The notes under the pieces were generated by a model. That model did not search any database. It was not told where the DNA came from and saw nothing but the letters and a program-made list of their open reading frames with translations. The position numbers were made by a program, and so were the translations under genes. Positions 27,921-42,490 of a stretch of DNA of 64,000 bases are shown here, piece by piece (position 1 is the stretch's first letter; the number at the start of each line of letters is the position of its first letter). This stretch comes from Octopus sinensis (taxonomy: Eukaryota): the NCBI RefSeq assembly GCF_006345805.1, contig NC_043004.1, positions 99,696,001 to 99,760,000 on the forward strand. The letters are read 5' to 3'.

Positions 27921-30411
27921 ATACTAAGCAATAAGGGTTCAGCAACGAATTGCCTTACCCATACCGAATTTAGAAATAGCAGTCAAAGGGTTATAGCTTT
28001 CTTCTTACTAAAAAGGGAGATCTCAGTAAAAACAGCAATTGGAAGGCTGACACAAACAGGTAAGAGAGAGAAATGAATTAACCGCAATCTATAAACATTT
28101 TTAAAAAGTTATCCACGGACGTACGTTTCGAAATCAAGTTTTAGGAAAGCATAAGAATTAAAATTTTAAATATTAAATAATTCTATCTACCGAAACTTCT
28201 TTCTCTTTCAGCGGGAATACTATAATCATAAATGATTATATATTGAATTTTGAGATACTAGGAGGTACCAACTCAACTCACTATCAGAGCGAGCTTAGAA
28301 TCTCAACTAGTATCACCGAATTCAAATTTGTGAATGAAACGATTGTGTCAACAGCCCCTTCCCACCGCGTGTAGCCAAAACAAATGAGCTGTAGTCATCT
28401 ACTAGATAAAATATGTTATCCGTAATAATGAAGGGTGAAATTAATTAATTTGGAATAATTATCAATTACACCAGTAGTCTTCGGCATGTAAAAGCTCATT
28501 TGAGGAAAATTTAAGTAATACTAAGCAATAAGGGTTCAGCAACGAATTGCCTTAACCACATAACCGAATTTAGAAATAGCAGTCAAAGGGTTATAGCTAT
28601 TTCTTTACTAAAAAAGGGAGATCTCAGTTAAAAACAGCAATTGGAAGGCTGACACAAACAGTAAGAGAGAATGAATTAACCGCAATCTATCAAACATTTT
28701 TAAAAAGTTATCCACGGACGTACGTTTCGAAATCAAGTTTTAGGAAAGCATAAGAATTAAAATATTAAATATTAATATTCTATCTTACCGAAACTTCTTT
28801 TCTCTTCAGCGTGGAATACTATAATCATAAATGATTATATATTGAATTTTGAGATACTAGAGGTACCAACTCCAACTCACTATCAGAGCGAGCTAGAATC
28901 CTCAACTAGTATCACCGAATTCAAATTTGTGAATGAAACGATTGTGTCAACAGCCCCTTCCCACCGCGTGTAGCCAAAACAAGATGCTGTAGTCATCTAC
29001 TGAGATAAAATATGGTTATCCGTAATAATGAAGGGTGAAATAATTAATTTGGAATAATTATCAATTACACCAAGTAGTCTTCGGCATGTAAAAGCCTCAT
29101 TTAGGAAAATTAAGTAATACTAAGCAATAAGGGTTCAGCAACGAATTGCCTTACCACATACCGAATTTAGAAATAGCAGTCAAAGGGTTATAGCTATTTC
29201 TTTACTAAAAAGGGAGATCTCAGTAAAAACAGCAATTGGAAGGCTGACACAAACAGGTAAGAGAGAATGAATTAACCGCAATCTATCAAACATTTTTAAA
29301 AAGTTATCCACGGACGTACGTTTCGAATCAAGTTTTAGGAAAGCATAAGAATTAAAATATTAAATATTAAATAATTCTATCTTACCGAAACTTCTTTTCT
29401 CTTCAGCGTGGAATACTATAATCATAAATGATTATATATTGAATTTTGAGATACTAGGAGGTACCAACTCAACTCACTATCAGAGCGAGCTAGAATCCTC
29501 AACTAGTATCACCGAATTCAAATTTGTGAATGAAACGATTGTGTCAACAGCCCCTTCCCACCCGCGTGTAGCCAAAACAAGATGCTGTATGTAGTCATCT
29601 ACTGAGATAAATATGGTTATCCGTAATAATGAAGGGTGAAATTAATTAATTTGGAATAATTATCAATTACACCAAGTAGTCTTCGGCATGTAAAAGCCTC
29701 ATTTGAGGAAAATTTAAGTAATACTAAGCAATAAGGGTTCAGCAACGAATTGCCTTACCACATACCGAATTTAGAAATAGCAGTCAAAGGGTTATAGCTA
29801 TTTCTTCTACTAAAAAGGGAGATCTCAGTAAAAACAGCAATTGGAAGGCTGACACAAACAGGTAAGAGAGAATGAATTAACCGCAATCTATCAAACATTT
29901 TTAAAAAGTTATCCACGGACGTACGTTTCGAAATCAAGTTTTAGGAAAGCATAAGAATTAAAATATTAAATATTAATAATTCTATCTTACCGAACTTCTT
30001 TTCTCTTCAGCGTGGAATACTATAATCATAAATGATTATATATTGAATTTTGAGATACTAGGAGGTACCAACTCAACTCACTATCAGAGCGAGCTAGAAT
30101 CCTCAACTAGTATCACCGAATTCAAATTTGTGAATGAAACGATTGTGTCAACAGCCCCTTCCCACCCGCGTGTAGCCAAAACAAGATGCTGTAGTCATCT
30201 ACTGAGATAAAATATGGTTATCCGTAATAATGAAGGGTGAAATTAATTAATTTGGAATAATTATCAATTACACCAAGTAGTCTTCGGCATGTAAAAGCCT
30301 CATTTGAGGAAAATTTAAGTAATACTAAGCAATAAGGGTTCAGCAACGAATTGCCTTACCACATACCGAATTTAGAAATAGCAGTCAAAGGGTTATAGCT
30401 ATTTCTTCTAC
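27921..30411 (-). mobile_element. Tandem array of ~600-bp non-coding units (4 full + ~90 bp), each with a hammerhead ribozyme; retrozyme-like or non-autonomous PLE
   Basis: Unit starts at 27922, 28519, 29118, 29722 and 30323. (TA)n on both flanks. Units differ mainly by 1-nt indels. Confidence 0.85.
28711..28815 (-). ncRNA. Type I hammerhead ribozyme with ~74-nt extended stem II (other copies at 28112-28216, 29307-29412, 29912-30016)
   Basis: Minus strand: TCCACG [CTGAAGA] GAAA...TTTC [GAAA] CGTACG [TC] CGTGGA. Perfect 6-bp stem I, palindromic stem III, GUC triplet; predicted cut between 28717 and 28716. Confidence 0.85.
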
Positions 30412-30430
30412 ATATATATATATATATATA

Positions 30431-30966
30431 TCGTTCGTCTTTTTCGTTTGTTCTCTTGTTTATTTTTTCATTTCTCGTATTGTAATTCAATTCTCGTTAT
30501 GTATTTTTGTATTATTCTTTTCTTGTATGTATTTTTTTGTGCAGTTCTTTGTTATGTCCCTTTTAGTGTTACATTTTTTCTTGCTCGTTTACCATCTACG
30601 AGTTTATTTTATTTTAATTCTCTCGTAGGAAGGCCTAGCTTGACCTTACGTGTTCTGTCTCTGCCTTCGAAACACGTGTCTGCTGGCGACAGCTGATGAA
30701 GGGGATTTTTCCTTGTGTAGCATGTCCTGTACTTCGTTTTTCTGTTGCACATAATTGTTTTTCACGTTTTAGTTTTCGTTTCGTCTTGTTCCACGTCTCT
30801 GTCCTTCTGTTGTAGCAAAATGTCTTTTCCGTTTTCGTTCTGTTGATTTTTTCGTCTTCCTGTGATGTCCTGTTCGTATATATATTATATATGCATGTAT
30901 ATATACATGTAGATGTCGGTACGTACATATATGTTTGTATGTATGCATATATTTTATTTATTACAC

Positions 30967-30968
<2 letters not shown>
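30431..30968 (+). mobile_element. T-rich dispersed element in (TA)n with permuted hammerhead-like boxes
   Basis: Flanked by (TA)n. 30663-30704 reads GCCTTC GAAA CACGTG TC TGCTGGCGACAG CTGATGA AGGGG. Homologous to 22700-23115. Confidence 0.65.
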
Positions 30969-30998
<30 letters not shown>

Positions 30999-31994
30999 TA
31001 TTTATAAATAATTATTTATACCTATATATATGTGAATAATTATATATATATATATATATATATACAATTATACACAGGTACGCACACACACACATTTATA
31101 TATATATACATACATATATACATACATACATACATACAATACATACACAAATATACGCACGCATGTTCGAACACAGAGACGCACGTGCATAGATTAAGGA
31201 CATCTGTACTGAAAGACACGCGATCGTTGATGCAAATGAGCAGACGTTTTCTGTGTTTGTTCAGAACTAAAGACGGCTTGCATGGCGACTGTAACACATG
31301 AGTTGTTTTATACAAAGACTGGCCTTTCACATTTGGCTTTCGAGTGTCGAAGAAGACTTTTTATTGTGAACTGTTTCTGTGGTGATGATGGGGATGGAGA
31401 TATAATGCTGGCAACAGAAAAGGCAAAGTTACAGGTCCAACCTTACAGTCTCACGCAGAGTTATATGAAATATAGCAAAAGGAATTCATTTTATCAAGAC
31501 ATCTGAAATGATCGAATGGCTTTAGGAAGATAATTTATGGCACTTCTTTAGAACAGCAGTAATGCATAGACAGCATTGAAAAGTCAACTTTGCAATACAT
31601 TGACTAGCCATTGTCCAGCAATGGTTTGGTAAACGATCTGTTTCTGATATAGGGGCATAGCTGTGAAGTGCGTAGACAGAAATACATAGCTTCGAGGATA
31701 GAATTATGCATATATAACAAGGAATAAATATTGATATCTAGAAATATTTACATAAAGGTGCGAGGATAAACGTATACACACGCACATACATGAATATATG
31801 CACATAGATACACGAAGCTGATGTATGTTCTCGTATATTATTTATAAATAGATGTTTTTATATACATCTATAAATTGATGAATATCAATCTATTTTTCGA
31901 TCTTATTCGTTGCTTATGGTGTGGTTTCTATGTGAATGTGAGTGTATGTGCTTTTATATTTATACGCCTGAATGTACCTATATGTAAGTATGCA

Positions 31995-32030
<36 letters not shown>

Positions 32031-32249
32031 TGTATGTATAAATGTCGTTTGGTTTTAATTTTACAGATTTCTCACCAAGAGAGATAATGAGAAGATTTCA
32101 AACACTGTGTCAAGGCTCTGGCACTGTAATTTAAATGTATATGTTCATATAAGCATATTGCAAGGAAGGATACCTCAACAGAAAGCAGCAGCAGCAGCCA
32201 CCTAAAAATCTATTTTCAGCCACAACAGTATAAAGCTTGGGGAAAATTC

Positions 32250-32299
<50 letters not shown>

Positions 32300-32309
<10 letters not shown>

Positions 32310-32665
32310 GTGTGTTTGCATGATTCACTATCATACATTTATGCATACATAAAGGATAAGTTTGACGATAATTTTCTGTTTGTTACTTTTTCAGGAACAA
32401 CTGACTGTATTGGTGAACAGTCACTCGCTCTGGAGCGCAAGAAGACTGAAGCTGTAGTTGAGAGAAATTTAGTTGACATGGACAACTGGATGCCATCTGA
32501 ATATTGGAAAAAAATTAACTCTGCCATGAAGATTTGCGCCTTGTATCAAAATACCGACGTCATGACTATTGCTCAATGTTCTGGGAACCTTAAAAATGCT
32601 GTGAGACGTTACACAGACGGCTGCAATGGAAGAAGCAGAGTAGGCACTTTGTCTTTGTCCGCTTG
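32300..32665 (+). mobile_element. 5' fragment of the Tc1/mariner-type element at 38580-39785, opposite orientation
   Basis: Reverse complement of about 39470-39830; ORF-track translations 32274+ and 39600-/39352- are near-identical. Confidence 0.85.
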
Positions 32666-32706
32666 ATATAGCTAGATAGGCATCTCCAACTAGCAGGCCA
32701 TGCTAC

Positions 32707-32749
32707 TCCAGACTGATGATGAGCAAAGACTCAGAAACTAGTCTCAGGA
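32707..32749 (+). ncRNA. Canonical minimal type I hammerhead ribozyme
   Basis: TCCAGA [CTGATGA] TGAG-caaaga-CTCA [GAAA] CTAG [TC] TCAGGA. GUC triplet (cut after 32743), palindromic stem III, one A-A mismatch in stem I, which extends through GCC.TGC/GCAGGC. Confidence 0.8.
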
Positions 32750-33000
32750 TGCAGGCTTAACTGGTTGGTGGTGCTTATCTCCCCTTGTAAACATAAGGAC
32801 ACAGGAAATGTATCAGCGTCGACAGGAAGCGTTGCTGCTTCCTAGGGCTAAAGAGCAGTAGTGTCATTCCCTTCATGGGACCATCACTTTAAGTTGACAG
32901 CATACAGCAACTCTCTCTCTCTCACTCTCTACATATGTACATATACAAACAGAGTCTGGATAGATTCCTTCAAAGAATACCAGACAAGCCACCCATAATT

Positions 33001-33086
33001 GGATACAACTCACCCAACAAGAACTCACTACTTGAACAAAACTGGATACAACTCACCCAACAAGAACTCACTACTTGAACAAAACT
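33001..33086. repeat. Exact 43-bp tandem duplication
   Basis: GGATACAACTCACCCAACAAGAACTCACTACTTGAACAAAACT twice. Confidence 0.9.
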
Positions 33087-33195
33087 TGACTTAAACAGGA
33101 TTCGAATAATCCTATCAGGTGGTGCTATTAAGTTAGACATGGCCTGGACCAATCTCTGGTCGAAACATATCTAAGTTTTATCTAAGTTTTATATA

Positions 33196-33228
<33 letters not shown>

Positions 33229-33261
33229 ATATATGTGTGTGTGTGGTGTGTGTTGTGTGTA

Positions 33262-34160
<899 letters not shown>

Positions 34161-35542
34161 ATATGTGTGTATGCATGTATGTATGTATATATGCATATAT
34201 ACCTATGCACATATTCCTTTATATAGAAATGTGTGTGTGTGTGTGCTCACGAGTGGTGTGTGTGTGTGTGTGTTTGTGTAGGCGTGGGTGTATGTGTATG
34301 TGTATGTTTCGGTGTATTTGCATGTATATATATTCTATGTGTATATCTTTTTTTCCCATTTTGTCAGTCTATTTGTGTTGGGAAGCGGAGTCATTTATGC
34401 GGCTTATTTTTATATATGTGACCAACTTTACGTGGAAGATTCAGCCATTAAAGAATAATAGTGGGTTGGACGTGTGAATAACGCTTCTTAATGTCACCTC
34501 TCCAGCCTTTACCACCGCAATAATAATTAATAGCTCCATCAGCTCCTTAAATCTGGCATGTGGCAATGAGGAGGTGGAGAAGGTGGAAGATGAGGAAAAG
34601 GAGATGGAGGAGGAGGAGGGCAAAGGGGATAATGCATTGTTGCCTCTTCTAGTAGATTAGAGATTGTTCATTTTGTTTTTGACTTTTTTTTTCTTTTGTC
34701 AGTGGTGTACTGCAGCTCCAGGCATTATTGACATTCGATTCAATCAACTATAATAATTCAGTAGTCGAACTTGGGAAAAATGACAGTAGCAAAATTGATC
34801 TAGATGGAATCCGAAATCAGAAGTCCCAGCGACGTAAACTGTTGCATACTTTTGCTCGTTTCCCTACTAAAAGTTGCCATCGATCGATACCATTTTTCAC
34901 TTCTATTTTTTAGCATTTATTTGGTGGTGGTGGTGTTGGTAATGGGAGAAACGGAGCAGGAGTGGTGATATTACTCCATTGATTTCATAATTTACCTTCA
35001 TTTTATTGTTATCTAACTTTCTTTCCTTCCTCATTTCTTTCTATCGTCTTCATTACTTGCTTGCTAATTAACGTTCAGTAGGTGTTTAACGATTCCTGAT
35101 GATTACTTTGTTTTCATCCTTCCCCAACAACGTATTGCCTTCATGATATTCCATCCATATTGCAGGTGTGTTCTTTTGGTTGCCAATATTTTTTTCCTTT
35201 TCTTCGTAATGTTTACTGTTTTTATTCTAACTATATTCTTCATTCGCAGTAATTTTATACTTATTATATACGTATTATTAGCACCACACACACCTACACA
35301 CACACGCTCATGTACACCCACACACACACACACACGCTCATGTACACCCACACACACATACACACCTGTACACATATTTTATATGTGTGTGTGTTGTGTG
35401 CATATGAGCGCATGCGTGTATTATTTATATCATTAATTCAATTATTTCAGGTGCGGAAGATTGTTATGGGTTGCAATATATTTATGTGTGTGCATGTATA
35501 CAGATTTTTGCACATACTGTGTTATGTATGTATGTATATATG

Positions 35543-35574
<32 letters not shown>

Positions 35575-35614
35575 TATTATGTATATATATATGTATGTAT
35601 ATATATATATATAT

Positions 35615-35652
<38 letters not shown>

Positions 35653-35724
35653 GGCATGTTTATATATGTGTGTATGTGTGTATATATATACGTATGTATG
35701 TATATACATAAGTGTGTGTGTGTG

Positions 35725-35757
<33 letters not shown>

Positions 35758-36299
35758 GCATGTTTATATATGTATGTATGTATGTATATACATAAGTATG
35801 TGTGTGCGTGCGTGTGATTGCGTCTGTGTGTAAGTGCCTATATATATACATACATGCGTATATATGTATATATAGTAGGTATATAGATAGAGAGAAGTTC
35901 AAACATAATAGGCTCATTTTGTGATTTCTTATTAATTAAGACATTAGTTCGATATTACTGTTGATTTTATCATCGTAGAAGCTTATTAGGAGAGTGTCGT
36001 TGAGTTCGCGTGAACCTGTCATCAGTCAGTAAGGGCAGAAGTGTCTGTAATTAAATGAGCTATGTACTTCTTGAGAGTCGATATTTCTACACGAATGCGG
36101 TTGTGTTGTGATGATAATGATCTGAGGCCATAACTAAAAAAGAACCTATTTCATACAAAACTGTATATCATTCTCTGGGCCTACATTGAGAATACAGATA
36201 TCCGCAAACAAGAACTTGCTCACCTAGTCCTTCGTGTATTTCCTTCAGTATTTTCTATGAATGGAATGACGTCAGTGCAGCAGCAAGTAACGACACCAA

Positions 36300-37000
36300 C
36301 ATGTTTGTCTCGAAACGCTTAATTCAATGGCTGAATACATTTGTCAATGACTTGAAACACCATGATAAAAGTCGTATTCCACTATACAACCTAGTTTAAC
36401 AGCGTAAATTTGAGTGTAATAGTCGATCATCTCTCATTGCCGTACAAATGATCGACGTAGAACGAACTGGCATGATTTTTCTAGCGTAATAAACTTGTCA
36501 AGATATCTGTAATCCTCTAAGATTTTTCTAAATACATTCCAATTGATAATGTCAACTGTTCTAATGCTTTTGTAAGGTTGATACAAGTTGTTTAGATTCA
36601 ATGATGCTGCTCCTTACATTCATGAAGCTAGTGTGCTGAAACACGTGGTAAAAATCTATCACAACCACTTCTAAACTGAGAATGGACTTGTACTTTCATT
36701 TGCCACATAATTGTTACGCTGTTCCAAATTTTCATAGATTTTTTTTTTCACAGCGCTTTTCACTGGCCCGTGCACAACTGTTGAAATATGCGGTTTACCA
36801 GCCAGAGTAACCTACTGAGTTATGAGCAAGCTACATCTGTTAACTGGGCAGAACGTTGAAGTACCTAAAAAGACAACTCTTGAAAGCAATTCATTCCATT
36901 TTGGCGAATTTTCTCGGTACTACAGATGATCCAGAAGATCTAACCTACTCCGTCGTTTCTAGAATTATCGGGAAATACTCACATTCAGTCTGAAGATAAG
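36300..37000 (+). pseudogene. Possible highly decayed hAT-like transposase relic
   Basis: DAAPYIHEASVLK at about 36603-36641 resembles the SDAAPYM.KA...L motif; the rest is heavily disrupted. Confidence 0.3.
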
Positions 37001-37715
37001 GAAAATAAAAATATTATTTAACAAAGGGTATTGCTCATGCACTTCATGAAAATATAATTCTCTGCCCATTGTTAGCATTTAGTTATTCTCAGATGTATAC
37101 GTAAAGAATACAAAAGCCAAGCTCCGTTCATTCAGATATAAATATATATACACACGTATAAACGCGCGCACACACACTCATATGCACATACATACATATA
37201 TACACCATACATACAAGGTAAAAACACCCACACGAAAGCTATTAGTCTTTCCATCGCATCGAAAAAGTATCATTTTGAAAGAAATGGATATTGTTGTTAA
37301 TCGTATCAAGACAAATACACACCCCACAAACGACAATTCCTCCCGACGACAAATACTGCCTAGGATAATTACCCCCTCTCTAATATATCAAGAAGTTTTA
37401 AATCATCATCTGTTGTCCTTGCGGCGTTATTGTCCAAGGGCGGTAAATTTCCTAGACTCGTAGTTAATTGTATTTATGTATTTCTTCATTTATGTTTCAT
37501 TAGTTATTTATTTGATTGTATAATGAATACAGTATAATCATTAAGCTTTTATCTAACGGAAATTTAATTTTGCCGTCTCAACAATTATATCATTCACCAA
37601 TAAAGTCTTCCCGACTTCTATAATATTGTTTAGTATATAGGTGAATCTCATCGGTTTGAGGTAATTTCGAATGTCCTAATTACACTGCCTTATTTCATTA
37701 TGAAACAAGGAGAAA

Positions 37716-37927
37716 GGCTACGAGCTGGCAGAAACGGTAGCACGCCGAGCGAAATGCTTAGCGGTCTTTCGTCTGTCTTTACATTCTGAGTTCAAATTCC
37801 ACCGAGGTCGACCTTGCTCTTCATCTCGGCCTCGATAAATTAAGTACCAGTTGCGTTCTGGCGTCGACCTAATCGACTTCCCACCCAGAAAAAATTTCGG
37901 AACTTGTGCCTAGAGTAGAAAAGATTT
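37716..37927 (+). mobile_element. SINE family A copy (variant tail)
   Basis: CGAGCTGGCAGAAACGGTAGCACGCCG...GAGTTCAAATTCC...GATAAATTAAGTACCAG. Confidence 0.8.
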
Positions 37928-37972
37928 TGAAAGAGGGAGAGACAGAGGAGTAAAGAGAAAGGTAGGGAATAT

Positions 37973-38193
37973 ATATGAGTCTGAGCTGAAAAGTTCCTGG
38001 CTTTGAGTAAAAGAAAATACAGAAGGATCAGGGAATTATGTTTTTATCCAACATATTCCCCTGTCAGATTCCCACACTTATTGAGGTGGTCCTTCAGATT
38101 TTCTATGCTCTGGAAAAGAACTCGGAAGTTTGGGCCTCAAACCAGACGTTTCGCGAGATTCTTAAAGCCAGGAACTTTTCATGACCCATACGT
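37973..38193. mobile_element. Mariner-type MITE
   Basis: TIRs TGAAAAGTTCCTGGCTTT / AAAGCCAGGAACTTTTCA with TA-flanked ends. Second copy at 59845-60062. Confidence 0.75.
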
Positions 38194-38579
38194 ACAAAGA
38201 CATCTCACAAGTTGTAATATATATACATGTGTGTGCACACGTGTGTGTATGGTGATTAAATGTATGTATGTACGTGTGTGTGTGTATTTATGTTTTTTTG
38301 TTTTGTTTTGGGGGGACTTCCTTCCATTGCACTTTGTCGTGGAAGTCATGTCGGTCGCAGACACAAGGCAAAGTTATTCCTGAAACAAAAATAAGAGTTT
38401 CAGTTTGTAATTCTTCTGGCTAAATGAATATGTTTTTTCTAACTTGAAGCTATCAGCTGTTTTGTATAAGCAATGGAGTAATTTATCTATAGATAGCTAT
38501 TACAATAGGGAATGCCTGTGATTACTTGGTATTTCGGTGTTGTATGGTACCGTTTGGTGTTCGGCTTAAACATAACAAG

Positions 38580-39785
38580 TTGCACAAAAGGAAAAAAAAA
38601 CATGATGTCCCATTGAAAAATAAACGTATTTTAAAACATCATAAAATATGGACTAGATTATAGCAGGGAAATAACAGTTTGCTCGACGTAGCCAGCCATA
38701 GCTTCCATGATGCCCCTAAGACGGCTCCGAAGTCTGGAGCATGCGTTTCTCACCATATCCCTGCGAAGATCTTCGAATAACTCCTTGATTTCAACCGTCA
38801 GCTAGACCTTGGTGTTGTAGGCAGTGCGGTCGGAGTGTTTTTTTCAACCGTACTCCTCACATAGTAATCCACAGGATTACAATAAGGGAAATTAGGAGGC
38901 CAGAAATCGGGGATGACTCTTTACGAAGGTTATGGCAATGGGCCCAATCCTGCTGCCACGCATATGACGCTCCATGAACAATACTCTCCAGCTACAGTTT
39001 GACAGAGACTTCAGCAGCTTCACATGACCATCTGTATTGAGCCTAAGGACAATTTCAAAGACGTGGGTTTGCATGACGTAATCCACACTGAAGATCAACA
39101 CAGTTTGGGAAACCTTTTTTTACATGATACATGGTATATTGCATAGACTTTAGGCAAACGACTAGTGTTCGGTGTGGTACAAATAGAACTGACAGAAGTT
39201 CTTTTCCTCTCAGAACAACCAAATCATCCTCGGTTCATTAGGATGCCTCAGAATGATCAGGAGTTCCTTTGCCTTCGTCAAGCGGGACTCCTTGGTGTTG
39301 TTTGCCAGAATTTGTCCCTTGCGTCTCTTGTACGTGTAGTAGTAAAAGTAATTATTCAGTGACACTTTTATTGTAGCGACCCCAACTGCCATTTCTCTCG
39401 ACAAAGCCTGAATTTCCTTGCTCGGATCTTCCATCACCTTGTCGTGCAACTGTTGGTTGATTTCCCGCAAGCAAAGACAAAATTCTTACTCTGCTTCCTC
39501 CATTACAGCCGTCTGTGCAACGCCTGACAGCATTTTTAACGTTCACAGAACATTGAGCAATAGTCATGACGTCAGTATTTTGATACAAGGCGCAAATCTT
39601 CATGGCAGAGTTAAATTTTTCCAATATTCAGATGGCATCCAGTTGTCCATGTCAACAAAATTTTTCACAACTACAGCTTCAGTCTTCTTGCGCTCCAGAG
39701 CGAGTGATTGTTCACCAATACAGTAAGTTGTTCCTGAAAAAGTAACAGATAGAAAAATATCGTCAAACTTATCCTTTATGTATGA
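38580..39785 (-). pseudogene. Degenerate Tc1/mariner-superfamily transposase element
   Basis: Minus-strand fragments: HTH-like EDPSKEIQALSREMAVGVATIK, YKRRKGQIL...RLTKAKELL, IWLF*EEKNF, and FPYCNPVDYYV (the SPD.NP.DY motif). Multiple stops and frameshifts. Confidence 0.8.
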
Positions 39786-40159
39786 ATAAATGTATGATAG
39801 TGAATCATGCAAACACACACACACACACACACATACATACATACATACATACATACATACATACATACATACATACATACATACATACATGCATACATAC
39901 ATACATACGTACATACATATATATACATATATATATATATTATATATATATTATATATATATATATATTATATATATATAATAATAAATATTAGGGAATA
40001 TATCCAAATTTACAGGGAAAAAAAATCAGATTTAGGATTAAATCCAATTTTATAGTAAAATATTATAAAATATTATTTGAGACAAAACCACTATTTTGCA
40101 AAACAAACAAGGAAAGACTTAATCAATATATAAAATTTAATAAATAGTCAAAAAAACCG

Positions 40160-40202
40160 CCACTACAATCGTTTCTTGTCTTGATCGACAATCTTCAGGT
40201 GG
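40160..40202 (-). ncRNA. Minimal type I hammerhead ribozyme (left arm of the PLE)
   Basis: Exact reverse complement of 46934-46976. Confidence 0.8.
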
Positions 40203-42490
40203 ACTTCCAATCTAAAAAATCAAAATTTTAAAATATAAAAATAATACTTTTAAATAATTAAAGTATAAATGAAAAAATATAAGTATATAATCCATATATA
40301 ACCTATATATAATCCATATCGAAAATATAGACTAATTACCACGAATTCCCTAAAAAAAACCATGATAAAACAAAACTCTTAAAAAACATATAACGATAAA
40401 ATCTCCCTTTGCTAAACTCTATAACAAACCTATAAAGTAAACCCCTAACCTAAACATTCACACACAAATACACACACGTAAACCACAGACTCACGACTTA
40501 TACACATACCTATACTAACTTATAACCTCAATATACACCAAAACCCACTCCCTCCCCACACAGACAAATTAACACATACATTCAAAAACCTAAATAACAA
40601 ACCCATATACACATTCACACACAAAACACACACTCACACGCAAAACACTCACACACAAAAGATACATATACTCCCTCACATATACGCCTATACATACTCA
40701 CTAAACTCGACATATACAACAATACTTACACACCCACAAAAAAACATTATATACATTATGAGCTTTAACTCACCTTAGCATCTCTAACAAACAACTTACA
40801 GTAACCCAATCCCATTCTCTATGCCTACCTCACTACTACACTATTCCATTCACATTCCAAGCAACGCTAGTCCACCACCCGGTTATTCACGTGGCAAACA
40901 CGAACACCACTCAAAAATTATGAATGAAACAATGTAAAAAAATAACCAACACCTAAAATAGACAAAATACCACGAATTACCTAAAAAAAACCATGATAAA
41001 CCAAAACTCATAAAAGCATATAACGATAAAATCTCCCTTTGCTAAACCCTATAACAAACTTATATAGCAATCCCCCTAACCTAAACATTCACACACAAAA
41101 AACCCACACGTAAACCACAGACCCAAGACTTATACACAAACCTATACTAACTTATAAACCTCAATATACACCAAAAACCACTCCCTCCCCACACAGACAA
41201 ATTAACACATACATCCCAAATCCTAAATAACAAACCCAAATACACATTCACACACAAAACACACACACACGCAAAAACACACACACACAACAGATACATA
41301 TGCTCCCTCACATATACGCATATACATACTCACTAAAACTCGATATATACAACAATATTTACACCCACACTCATACAGATAAATAAATTAATTATACAAT
41401 TAAAAACTCACAACCAATCTCATATACATAAACACTCTTATGAAAACAACAATAAATACATCGTAATTAACCAGAATATCAAAAATAACATTATGACATA
41501 AGGATAAATCAAATACATACTTACAATTCAGTTACAAATTATGAAGTGAAATTAGATTATTAGCCGTTAAAAAACCAAACAAAATTACGTTACCATGGAA
41601 ATAACTAATGTAAAAAAAGAATACGCGCCATAGAAAGTAAACGTCATTCATAGTATGAATGGAGAAATATAATAAATGGAACTAAAAACTATATCCACGT
41701 AGCAAACCAACGCTACTTAAAAAAAATTTATTATGAATGGATTCTTTAAAAACTATCATGAAAAATCAATTATATACATTTATGAGCTTTAGCTCACCCT
41801 AGCAACTCTAACAAACAACTTACAGTAACCCATACTCAATGCCTACCTCATTACCACCCTAATCCATTCACAATTCCAAGCAACACTAGTCCACCACCCG
41901 GTTACAATTCCCAACTCTACCCATTCATTCACATTTCAACGACGTTCCCTTCAACAACTCTACATATAAGCCTCAACATATACACCGGAGATACACTTAC
42001 ACATCCGTGCGGATGGGTGAGAGTATACATTAAGTGTAGTGATGGGGCTCCCATTTCTAATCACATTTGTACCTGTGTGGTAGTCTCCATGTGTATATTC
42101 ACGCACGGGTATAAATACAGGGGGTACACGCTCACTTCATTTACGTGTACCCCTCACATGTACATATGCATACTATTTTGGCTCGATATATGCAACAATG
42201 TAATCGCGCCCGTATGTGTGAGCATTCACTGGTTGTGCAATTCACCCATCTGGGTGTGATTATGTGTAAACTTATCACTGTGGAGGTCGAGCTTGATACG
42301 TATATATTAGTGTGTATTAGGGGTTGTACGTACTAATTATGTTCTTGTGCTTCACGCACTTGCGTCCATGTATGGAAGAATATATTGGGATTACTATGTA
42401 GGTGTAAATAGGGTATGGGGGAGTTTTGTCATTGTATGGGTGTGGGTTTCATTTGTGATGGTGGTTAGTTGGTGATTATTAGTATGTTCT

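Noticed and set aside
27371-27931. 186-aa repetitive ORF, or a CRISPR-like array
   Set aside because: It is a minisatellite without unique spacers, in a eukaryotic context with no cas genes.
33130-33180. Hammerhead at GACCA-atctc-TGGTC-GAAA-CATATC
   Set aside because: Stem II and GAAA are present but there is no CUGANGA-like box; at most a dead relic.
42017-42336. ORFs duplicated in both PLE arms (80 aa and 63/109 aa)
   Set aside because: They are identical only because of the inverted repeat, have no recognisable motif, and one differs between arms by an indel.
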